Shown here in pieces: positions 30,201 through 41,034 of a DNA stretch of 64,000 bases. The stretch covers positions 1,534,303-1,598,302 of the forward strand of contig CM082582.2 in the NCBI GenBank assembly GCA_040954595.2. Reading direction: 5' to 3'. Made by a program: the position numbers and the translations under genes. The notes below the pieces were generated by a model. The model did not search any database, had not been told where the DNA came from, and saw only the letters and a program-made list of their open reading frames with translations. This DNA comes from Balanoglossus misakiensis (Eukaryota; Animalia; Hemichordata). Position 1 is the stretch's first letter. Every line of letters begins with the position of its first letter.

Positions 30201-31900
30201 AGATTTTGCAAAGTCGTAAATGTGTCATTTTTTGATGATTTTCACCAGTTTTTTTTTTCAAAATTTGTCATTTTTTCATGATTTTTTTCAAAAATCGACG
30301 AAAATTTGAGATTTTGCAAAGACGAAAATTTGTCATTTTTTGATGATTTTCACCCATGATTTTTTTTCAAAAAACGACGAAATTTTGATATTTTGCAAAG
30401 AGGAAAATTTGTCATTTTTTCATGATTTTCACCCATGATTTTTTTCAAAAATTGACGAAATTTTGAGATTTTGCAAAGACGAAAATTTGTCATTTTTGAT
30501 GATTTTTACCCATGATTTTTTTTCAAAAATGGACGAAATTTTGAGATTTTGCAAAGACGAAAATTTGTCATTTTTTGATGATTTTCACCAATGATTTTTT
30601 TTCAAAAAACGACGAAATTTTGAGATTTTGCAGAGGAAAATGTGTCATTTTTTGATGATTTTCACCCGTTTTTTTTTTTTCAAAATTTGTCATTTTTTGA
30701 TGATTTTCTCCCATGATTTTTTTCAAAAATTGACGAAATTTTGAGATTTTGCAAAGTCGAAAATTTGTCATTTTTGATGATTTTTACCCATGATTTTTTT
30801 TCAAAAATGGACGAAATTTTGAGATTTTGCAAAGACGAAAATTTGTCATTTTTTGATGATTTTCACCAATGATTTTTTTTCAAAAAACGACGAAATTTTG
30901 AGATTTTGCAGACGAAAATGTGTCATTTTTTGATGATTTTCACCCGTTTTTTTTTTCAAAATTTGTCATTTTTTGATGATTTTCTCCCATGATTTTTTTC
31001 AAAAATTGACGAAATTTTGAGATTTTGCAAAGTCGAAAATTTGTCATTTTTGATGATTTTTACCCATGATTTTTTTTCAAAAATGGACGAAATTTTGAGA
31101 TTTTGCAAAGACGAAAATTTGTCATTTTTTGATGATTTTCACCAATGATTTTTTTTCAAAAAACGACGAAATTTTGAGAATTTGCAGAGGAAAATGTGTC
31201 ATTTTTTGATGATTTTCACCCGTTTTTTTTTTTCAAAATTTGTCATTTTTTGATGATTTTCTCCCATGATTTTTTTCAAAAATTGACGAAATTTTGAGAT
31301 TTTGCAAAGTCGAAAATTTGTCATTTTTTGATGATTTTCACCCATGATTTTTTTCAAAATTGACGAAATTTTGAGATTTTGCAAAGTCGAAAATTTCTCA
31401 TTTTTTGGTGCATTTTCACCCATGATTTTTTTTCAAAAATCGACGAAATTGTGAGATTTTGCAAAGTCGAAAATTTGTCATTTTTTGATGATTTTCACCC
31501 ATGATTTTTATTCAAAATTGACGAAATTTTGAGATTTTGCAAAGACGAAAATTTGTCATTTTTTGATGATTTTCACCAATGATTTTTTTTCAAAAAACGA
31601 CGAAATTTTGAGAATTTGCAGAGGAAAATGTGTCATTTTTTGATGATTTTCACCCGTTTTTTTTTTTCAAAATTTGTCATTTTTTGATGATTTTCTCCCA
31701 TGATTTTTTTCAAAAATTGACGAAATTTTGAGATTTTGCAAAGTCGAAAATTTGTCATTTTTTGATGATTTTCACCCATGATTTTTTTCAAAATTGACGA
31801 AATTTTGAGATTTTGCAAAGTCGAAAATTTCTCATTTTTTGGTGCATTTTCACCCATGATTTTTTTTCAAAAATCGACGAAATTGTGAGATTTTGCAAAG
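6214..31900. repeat. Large higher-order repeats of the satellite, ~4.1 kb (variants ~2.75, ~3.06 and ~3.7 kb)
   Basis: The same ORF (MGENAPK...) recurs at 6214, 10383, 14472, 17223, 21310, 28137 and 31199. The rare TTTGAGGTTTTG variant lies at ~3128, 4663, 7572, 11740, 18580, 22666, 26358 and 29419. Confidence 0.92.
8860..10520. repeat. Run of six ~277-bp four-monomer sub-HOR units (example; similar runs of 3-6 recur in each large HOR)
   Basis: Diagnostic CCAATG monomer at ~8942, 9220, 9496, 9774, 10050 and 10326 (spacing 276-278). The unit is a TACCCATG/TGGACG monomer, a CCAATG/GCAGAGG monomer, a short CACCCG(T)n monomer and a CTCCCATG/TTGACG monomer. Confidence 0.93.
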
Positions 31901-34900
31901 TCGAAAATTTGTTATTTTTTGATGATTTTCACCCATGTCTTTTTTTAAAAATCGACGACCTTTTGAGATTTTGCAAAGAGGAAAATTTGTCATTTTTTTC
32001 ATGATTTTCCCCCATGATTTTTTTCAAAAATCGACGAAATTTTGAGATTTTGCAAAGTCGACGAAAATGTGTCATTTTTTGATGATTTTCACCCGTTTTT
32101 TTTCAAAAATCGACGAAATTTTGAGATTTTGCAAAATCTAAAATTTGTCATTTTTTGATGATTTTCACCCATGATTTTTTTTCAAAAATCGACGAAATTT
32201 TGAGATTTTGCAAAGTCGTAAATGTGTCATTTTTTGATGATTTTCACCCGGTTTTTTTTCAAAAATCGACGAAATTTTGAGATTTTGCAAAGTCGTAAAT
32301 GTGTCATTTTTTGATGATTTTCACCCGTTTTTTTTTCAAAATTTGTCATTTTTTGATGATTTTCACCTATGATTTTTTTCAAAAATCAACAAAATTTTGA
32401 GATTTTGCAAAGTCGAAAATTTGTCATTTTTGATGATTTTTACCCATGATTTTTTTTCAAAAATGGACGAAATTTTGAGATTTTGCAAAGACGAAAATTT
32501 GTCATTTTTTGATGATTTTCACCCATGATTTTTTTTCAAAAATCGACGAAATTTTTAGATTTTGCAAAGTCGAACATTTGTTATTTTTTGATGATTTTTA
32601 CCCATGTTTTTATTTTAAAAAATCGACGAACCCATGATTTTTTTCAAAACCGACGAAATTTTGAGATTTTGCAAAGTCGAAAATTTGTCATTTTTTGATG
32701 ATTTTCACCCATGATTTTTTTCAAAAATCGACGAAATTTTGAGATTTTGCAGTCAAAAATTTGTCATTTTTTGATGATTTTCACCCATATTATTTTTCAA
32801 AAACCGACGAAATTTTGAGATTTTGCAAAGACGAAAATTTGTCATTTTTTGATGATTTTCACCCATGATTTTTTCAAAAATTGACGAAATTTTGAGATTT
32901 TGCAAAGTCGAAAATTTGTCATTTTTTGATGATTTTCACCCATGATTTTTTTTAAAAATCGACGAAATTTTGAGATTTTGCAAAGTCGAAAATTTGTCAT
33001 TTTTTGATGATTTTCCCCCGTTTTTTTTTTAAAATGGACGAAATTTTGAGATTTTGCAAAGACGAAAACTTGTCATTTTTTGATGATTTTCACCCATGAG
33101 TTTTTCAAAAATTGACGAAATTTTGAGATTTTGCAAAGTCGAAAATTTGTCATTTTTTGATGATTTTCACCCATGATTTTTTTTCAAAAATGGACGAAAT
33201 TTTGAGATTTTGCAAAGTCGAAAATTTGTCATTTTTTGATGATTTTCACCCATGTCTTTTTTTAAAAATCGACGAAATTTTGAGATTTTGCAGAGGAAAA
33301 TTTGTCATTTTTTCATGATTTTCCCCCATGATTTTTTTCAAAAATCGACGAAATTTTGAGATTTTGCAAAGTCGACGAAAATGTGTCATTTTTTGATGAT
33401 TTTCACCCGTTTTTTTTTCAAAATTTGTCATTTTTTGATGATTTTCACCCATGTTTTTTTTAAAAAAATCGACGAACCTATGATTTGTTTCAAAATCGAC
33501 GAAATTTTGTGATTTTACAAAGTCGAAAATTTTGTCATTTTTTGATGATTTTCAACCATGATTTTTTTTCAAAAATCGACGAAAATTTGAGATTTTGCAA
33601 AGACGAAAATTTGTCATTTTTGATGATTTTTACCCATGATTTTTTTTCAAAAATGGACGAAATTTTGAGATTTTGCAAAGACGAAAATTTGTCATTTTTT
33701 GATGATTTTCACCCATGATTTTTTTTCAAAAATCGACGAAATTTTGAGATTTTGCAAAGAGGAAAATTTTTCATTTTTTCATGATTTTCCCCCAGGATTT
33801 TTATCAAAAATCGACGAAATTTTGTGATTTTACAAAGTCGAAAATTTTGTCATTTTTTGATGATTTTCAACCATGATTTTTTTTCAAAAATCGACGAAAA
33901 TTTGAGATTTTGCAAAGACGAAAATTTGTCATTTTTGATGATTTTTACCCATGATTTTTTTTCAAAAATGGACGAAATTTTGAGATTTTGCAAAGACGAA
34001 AATTTGTCATTTTTTGATGATTTTCATCCATGATTTTTTTTCAAAAATCGACGAAATTTTGAGATTTTGCAAAGTCGTAAATGTGTCATTTTTTGATGAT
34101 TTTCACCAGTTTTTTTTTTCAAAATTTGTCATTTTTTCATGATTTTCCCCCATGATTTTTTTCAAAAATCGACGAAAATTTGAGATTTTGCAAAGACGAA
34201 AATTTGTCATTTTTGATGGTTTTTACCCATGATTTTTTTTCAAAAATGGACGAAATTTTGAGATTTTGCAAAGACGAAAATTTGTCATTTTTTGATGATT
34301 TACACCCATGATTTTTTTTTCAAAAAACGACGAAATTTTGAGATTTTGCAGAGGAAAATGTGTCATTTTTTGATGATTTTCACCCGTTTTTTTTTTCAAA
34401 ATTTGTCATTTTTTGATGATTTTCACCCATGTTTTTTTTTTAAAAATCGACGAACCTATGATTTTTTTCAAAATCGACGAAATTTTGTGATTTTACAAAG
34501 TCGAAAATTTTGTCATTTTTTGATGATTTTCAACCATGATTTTTTTTCAAAAATCGACGAAAATTTGAGATTTTGCAAAGACGAAAATTTGTCATTTTTT
34601 GATGATTTTTACCCATGATTTTTTTTCAAAAATGGACGAAATTTTGAGATTTTGCAAAGACGAAAATTTGTCATTTTTTGATGATTTTCACCCATGATTT
34701 TTTTTCAAAAATCGACGAAATTTTGAGATTTTGCAGAGAGGAAAATTTGTCATTTTTTCATGATTTTCCCCCATGATTTTTTTCAAAAATCGACGAAATT
34801 TTGAGATTTTGCAAAGTCGAAAATTTGTCATTTTTTGATGATTTTCACCCATGATTTTTTCAAAAATTGACGAAATGTTGAGATTTTGCAAAGTCGAAAA

Positions 34901-37469
34901 TTTGTCATTTTTTGATGATTTTCACCCATGATTTTTTTCAAAAATGGACGAAATTTTGAGATTTTGCAAAGACGAAAATTTGTCATTTTTTGATGATTTT
35001 CACCCATGATTTTTTTTCAAAATTCGACGAAATTTTGAGATTTTGCAAAGAGGAAAATTTGTCATTTTTTCATGATTTTCCCCCATGATTTTTTTCAAAA
35101 ATCGACGAAATTTTGAGATTTTGCAAAGTCGAAAATTTTGTCATTTTTTGATGATTTTCAACCATGATTTTTTTTCAAAAATCGACGAAAATTTGAGATT
35201 TTGCAAAGATGAAAATTTGTCATTTTTGATGATTTTTACCCATAATTTTTTTTCAGAAATGGACGAAATTTTGAGATTTTGCAAAGACGAAAATTTGTCA
35301 TTTTTTGATGATTTTCACCCATGATTTTTTTTCAAAAATCGACGAAATTTTGAGATTTTGCAAAGTCGAAAATGTGTCATTTTTTGATGATTTTCACCCG
35401 TTTTTTTTCAAAATTTGTCATTTTTTGATGATTTTTACCCATGATTTTTTTTCAAAAATGGACGAAATTTTGAGATTTTGCAAAGTCGAAAATTTGTTAT
35501 TTTTTGATGATTTTCACCCATGTCTTTTTTTAAAAATCGACGAAATTTTGAGATTTTGCAAAGAGGAAAATTTGTCATTTTTTTCATGATTTTCCCCCAT
35601 GATTTTTTTCAAAAATCGACGAAATTTTGAGATTTTGCAAAGTCGAAAATTTGTCATTTTTTGATGATTTTCACCTATGATTTTTTTCAAAAATCAACAA
35701 AATTTTGAGATTTTGCAAAGTCGAAAATTTGTCATTTTTTTGATGATTTTCACCCATGATTTTTTTCAAAAATCGACGAAATTTTGAGATTTTGCAAAGT
35801 CGAAAATTTGTCATTTTTTGATGATTTTCACCCATGATTTTTTTCAAAATTGACGAAATTTTGAGATTTTGCAAAGTCGAAAATTTCTCATTTTTTGATG
35901 CATTTTCACCCATGATTTTTTTTTCAAAAATCGACGAAATTTTGAGATTTTGCAAAGTCGAAAACAAGCATCGTCCGATTCGAATTCGACTCGTCATCGG
36001 TAGCTTTGTTTATTTCGCCCTTGGAGACCTCCCCTGGCCTCGTTAGGATGACTGTTACCAGGACTACCTTAAACCAATCTTTTCGAACCGGACGGTACAC
36101 ACGTCATGTCTTTGTTAATTGTCCAGGTACCAGAGTGTACGTGTGGGCTCCCTAAACCACTCATTGGCGGCCGGTCCCTGTCCGAATAAACACGTTTGAC
36201 AGACAAAAAATGATGAACAAGTGGCTTATTTCAATACTTCGTTAACTAGACGGCTGAACTCTGAATGTTGATTCAGCAAAAAAAATGTGTTTACGGCAAG
36301 GTTTCGATCAATACGACACATTTACCATTGAAAACGCCCAAAGTAAGTGGGGGCGTTTGACCATCAATCAAAACCACGCCCAGGTGCATGTGAACGGCCG
36401 AAGCAGTGTAACGTTTCACATTCCGTGCAACGTCCGACACTGTGTGAAAGCGGTTGCTGTCGGGTGGCTTGACCTAATTTTCGTACATTGATATGCATTT
36501 GACACCTCACTACCTGTTTTCTCAATATTGCTAAAACTTTGCGTTGAAATATCACTGAAATGTTGATGATCCACGCACAAGTCGTCTACCCCGGCATGAA
36601 AAGCGTCTTATACAAGAAAACTAATTGCACATGACCACCAAGGTCATACCGCAAGGTGTGTCTAAATGTCAAGGAAGGACACTTGGGTCAAGAACGACCA
36701 TGACGGAGGAAAAACCGACAAGTCATTGTGTAACCTGTTTACTTGCCAATAGTCAAACGTCAAAATTTACTCTCAACTTGGTTGCAGATCGAGTCTCCCG
36801 AATTTCCAACTTTTATGATTGGGTAAATACCGATATGCGACTGGTATGCGACGCGTTGACGACGCGAAGATTTTGTTGAAATCAAATGGTTTGTCAAATG
36901 TCATCTCACACTGGAGATACCGTGGTCATCTGACATGAAAGGGTTCGATTGGGTCTGACCGCCGTCGTTCATCCATGCTTAGAAAGCGGCGATCATGGTA
37001 CAAAGTAAAACCAAGGTCAAACCTTACTGAACACATGTATTGCATGGAGAAACTTTTCTCCCTGTCTGTGTACTGAACACGTACCGTGATTGCCATAGTT
37101 ACAAACGTTACCACGTGAGAGAGATTGCATTTTACATCTGTCTTTTCAATTTTGTTGCTTTCTTACTATTCGGAATGATGGAGTCGAAACGAAAACTTTT
37201 TGCTTCAGGTGGACCTAGGGGAAATACCTTATTTGTGACTTTTTTCATGACCCTAAAAAGACGTCGGAATTAATGTGGCTGAGGTCACTCAGGACGACGG
37301 AATGGTTGAGCGATTTTATTTTATGAGCTCCCACTAGTATTTGTTTTATTGTTTCGGCAGTGTGTCGCGTTATTCGAGCAATCTGCAGTCTATAACAGAA
37401 GAACAGGGGTTTAAGCATGAAAGGTCCTGTTGTCTCCCTCGCTGTGTTTGTGTCACTGTGTCTTTGACG

Positions 37470-37670
37470 TCTGACTGACTGATTAACTGGCTGACTGACT
37501 TACTGACTGTCTGTCAACGTCGGTCTGTCTGACTGTCTGCCCCCTCTCTCTGAGAGAGAGAGTGAGCGAGCGAGCGAGCGAGCGACCGGTGAGTGTCTCT
37601 ACTGATGAATGTTGCTCTGTCTGTCTGCTTGTGTCTGTCTGCCACTCTGCCTGTTTCACTCTGTCTCTCC
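37470..37670. repeat. Compound microsatellite (CTGA)n/(CTGT)n/(GA)n/(GAGC)n
   Basis: Direct reading: ctgactgactga..., gagagagag, gagcgagcgagcgagcgagcg, ctgtctgtctg. Confidence 0.85.
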
Positions 37671-37995
37671 TAATTTCTTTAAAATTAGGGATATGCTATT
37701 AATGCGATATGAAAGTCAGACACGACGGAAACCTTTTATTCTCAAAACTGTCTGTTGTTTGCTGTTAAATATTGCAAAAGGTTAAGGGCCCTTTTCGCAC
37801 GAGACACATGGCTTTGCAGCCGTAGCTCCCAATGTCATAACGATTACCCGAACTACCCTAATTTTAGCCCGCCGACCCAAAACAGTTTAGATCTTCGCAA
37901 ACCGGAAGTAAAAATAACGATGTCAAATATAAAACAATTCATGAAAATTGCGAGAATCACGCAAGAACTATGATGTCATTCTTCTACACTACGAC

Positions 37996-38100
37996 GGCCA
38001 AAGATATAAAAAAAATTGAAAAATAAAAAAATGTCCCTTTCTACCTACAATATTTTTGAAAACCATGTAATCGGAATAGCACATATTAGTTTTTTTGGCC
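37996..38100. mobile_element. Possible small MITE with GGCCAAA...TTTGGCC termini
   Basis: Short terminal inverted repeat with A/T-run subtermini. Similar left ends (AGGCCA.AAAGAAAAATATA) at ~55101 and ~61231. Confidence 0.35.
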
Positions 38101-38450
38101 TGAGACATATCCAATTTCCCAACTGAACATGACACGTGATCAAGCATTTTCGACTTATCAGATGCAATCGCTGAACACCTCACACTGAGCGAGGTTTTGT
38201 CTGTCTTTATACGCGCCCTTTGTATTTGTGCGTGACATGTCCAAGCCTTGTTAGGAACTCCCGTAAAATTCTACTCAAATGATGTATACTTTCATACTTA
38301 CGACTGACAGGTATTTTCAGCGTTGCCAGCTGATTGTTTGTCAGGTACCGCTTTATAACAAGACGCCCCTCTGAGTTGATAACCTGCAATGTAACATCAT
38401 TCAATTGGTCTAGTCATGTTAGCATTAGTAAAATGCTTCAAAAGTGTTAA

Positions 38451-38741
38451 AGGGACATGATACAAGACACCGTTTATGTTAGTGAATGAACGTTCAACCA
38501 CACACAACTTCCATCCGGCTTGTATGATACGAGAGTAAAAACTCGCCCGAAATGAATAAATGGTAGAGACCGTTTATTCATTTTGGCTACTTTTTAAAAC
38601 TCTCGTGTCTATACAAGCGGGGTGGAAGGTGTGTATGGTTGAACGTTGGTTCACTATATCCATATGTAGAATAATATAAACGCAGTCTTGTATCAAACAT
38701 AATTAATGGAAAAAGGGCAGCGAGAGAGAGACTTTGTCCCT
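38451..38741. mobile_element. Palindromic MITE family A (Kolobok/T2-like, TTAA TSD), left arm internally deleted
   Basis: TTAA|AGGGACA...TGTCCCT|TTAA (TSDs 38447-38450 and 38742-38745). The whole element is an imperfect inverted repeat, homologous to 39381-39700 and 54601-54947. Confidence 0.85.
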
Positions 38742-39000
38742 TTAATGAATACAGCCACAATGTTCTGTTTATATCTACTGACGGACCAGGCATGGATTGT
38801 CACGTATAATTCTTTGAAACGTTTGGTCCTCTGAAGAAATCTGAGCACTCATCTACTCAGTTTGCTTATTTTGTCTTCCTCCACCAGTCAGTGGTATCGT
38901 CCGATTTGATACTCCACTCTAAGCCTCTTTCTGAATGGCTCTTTAAGTTGTGATCTGTAAGTCTTAAACCTTTCATCATCCCCCCCCCCCCCCGTTTCCT

Positions 39001-39376
39001 CTTTAGAGGTCGTCAACTGGTAAACTGTGCGCCTGTGTCTCTTCCCATAGGAGTACATGGAGAATAGTTAGAAAACTCACTTCTACTATTGTCATTTTCA
39101 TGAAATTTTACACATAGCTCCGACAAATCAAAATAAATTCATCACGCTCTATTTTGAGATAAACTTTGTTCAATATTGTATCCATAGACAAACCATTGGT
39201 AGAAAATGCTGACCGTTAGCAGTTTTCTTCAATTGTCGACTAAATTCACGGCCTTGTTTAAAGTCGAAAACAAGTGCAGTGACCCAAAATGGATTTTCAT
39301 TATACATACAAATCAGAAACGAAAATTCACGATTAAAAGAAATGACAATGCTTTCAATTTTACTGATCGTACATCC
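39001..39376. mobile_element. Partial copy of TTAA-type non-autonomous DNA transposon family B
   Basis: 39015-39290 is homologous to both arms of 48115-49056 (CTTCCCATAGG...TTCTACTATTGT...TTTTGAGATAAA...). It ends GTACATCC|TTAA exactly like 49056. Confidence 0.7.
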
Positions 39377-39380
39377 TTAA

Positions 39381-39700
39381 CTCGCTGCCCTTTTCCATGT
39401 TTGATACAAAACACCGTTTATATTAATGTAAATGTGGATATATAGTGATGCAACGTTCAACCGCACACACCTTCTATCCCGCATGTAGACACGAGAGCGA
39501 AAACTCGCAAAACTGAAAAATCGGTCTCTACCATTAATTCATTTTGGGCGAGTTTTTACTCTCATATCATACAAGCAGGATGGAAGTTGTGTGTGGTTGA
39601 ACGTTCATTCACTACATAAACACATGCCCATTAATATAAACGGTGTCTTGTATCAAACATAATTAATAGAAAAGGGCGACGAGAGAGAGAGTTTGTCCCT
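39381..39700. mobile_element. Palindromic MITE family A, left terminus truncated
   Basis: Ends GTTTGTCCCT|TTAA (39701-39704) and begins after TTAA 39377-39380. Internal arms match the other family A copies. Confidence 0.82.
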
Positions 39701-41034
39701 TTAAGGCGACATGATGCATGAAGTGGCGAGAGATAAACGCGGCTGACCACCGCATTAAACACTGTCAAGCAAGGCACTTCAAATGCCAATTGTTTAAGTG
39801 TGTACTAAGTAATAGGTTCATGTACCATGGGGGGGGGGGGGGGTCAAATCACAACAGTTGGACATGTACGAATATGAAGAGACGATATCAGTTTGTTCAT
39901 GTCTTCCTTTAGTAAACAATCTTTTTTGAACTTTGTATAGAATTCATTGAACTTTACTTTAGCTTATGAACTCTCATTTGCACATCGTCATCTTGAAATT
40001 GTGTCGACTTTATCATAAGGTTTTTATAACTCAACTAGGTCGCAAAACCTATTTAAGTTAGTGAGAATAGGACGTTCACCTTTTGGGTTGATGGCTACAG
40101 CCGTTAATCCTGACTCATACACATGTTGCAGCCAGTATACTCTGCAGACATTGGACACAATAGTTTTACGAACCATTAAATTTTATTGGACCATCAAGTT
40201 TATTGACCCATGACGTTCATATAGATTTTATGACACGACTGACGCTATAATCGGTCCTTACCTTTGGCGAGCCAAGTGTTTTATAACATCATAAGATATT
40301 AATACCTATCACCCAGTCAAACGATTTCAAGTTATAAAATTTCCACGCCAATAGGACGCCTTTAGGTGGAAATGCAACCAGGTATCCTAAATAGGAAAAT
40401 ATTCCGGGTATCTGTCAAGTTTAGTCCCATATTTAGGGGACCAAGAGCCCTCAGGCGCTTGGTCCCCTTCTGTTATTGCTGGAGTTTGTCTTCTTTCTTC
40501 TTGAGTCGTTTTTTTGCGCCCGTTTTCCTCTGAAATTCCGGCAGGTGCGCCTCCAAATTTGGCACGGTGGTTGGGGCCCATGAGTACTGGTGCACCTGCC
40601 CTTTGAATTTGTAATTAGTCACGTGACTTTGTGGCTATAATCGAGCGAAATTTTCAAATTGACCTAATTTGCACGTTAATGGGGGCATGTACATTCTTTT
40701 CGCGATTTTTGTAGACCATGTGGCCAAAATCCCCTGTGCCAAATTTCAAGGTCCTAGGCCACGTCGATTTTGAGAAGAAGATTTTTGTAATATTTTTTCG
40801 CATTTTTGGTGGGCTGAGGACGGACACTGGGGCATCGGACTTTGACCGTCATTACGTAATGTTGTGGAGATCTCATTAGCAGGCTACTCACTTCTGGCGG
40901 GTTGCAGTAGTCCTTGGAAAATCGGCTGAAATACGTAAACAGACCAGTGATTATTTTCCACGGAATGAATTTTGGGACAACACATTATCGGAGTTCAGGC
41001 TGTGTTAGGGCGTTTTATTGAATTACGCTGAGTT

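Larger units (their letters stand above)
1..35964. repeat. Tandem satellite DNA array, ~78-bp monomer (77-80 bp variants plus a 43-45 bp deleted monomer), with higher-order structure; probably (peri)centromeric; continues beyond the left edge of the window
   Basis: Uninterrupted head-to-tail copies of GATTTTCACCCATGATTTTTTTCAAAAATCGACGAAATTTTGAGATTTTGCAAAGTCGAAAATTTGTCATTTTTTGAT (e.g. CACCCATG at 844 and 922 = 78 bp). The ORF track repeats a 26-aa unit. The array ends abruptly at ...GTCGAAAA (35964). Centromeric status is inference. Confidence 0.98.

Noticed and set aside
32090-32120. CENP-B box (TTCG and CGGG both occur on the minus strand)
   Set aside because: Spacing does not fit TTCGnnnnAnnCGGG.
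1-35964. CRISPR-like array
   Set aside because: Units are contiguous near-identical monomers with no unique spacers, no cas genes, and the context is eukaryotic.
78-35997. Dozens of K/F/N-rich ORFs (MTNFRLCKISKF..., MIFFKNRR...)
   Set aside because: They are translations of a 78-bp (26-codon) satellite; frames break at homopolymer length changes and there is no gene structure.
35954-39274. 15-bp direct repeat as TSD of a 3.3-kb insertion
   Set aside because: The second copy lies inside the family B arm with homology continuing on both sides, so it is not an element boundary; kept only as evidence in the satellite-origin finding.
36000-40400. Short ORFs right of the array junction
   Set aside because: 60-85 aa, no recognisable motifs, and several overlap MITEs.
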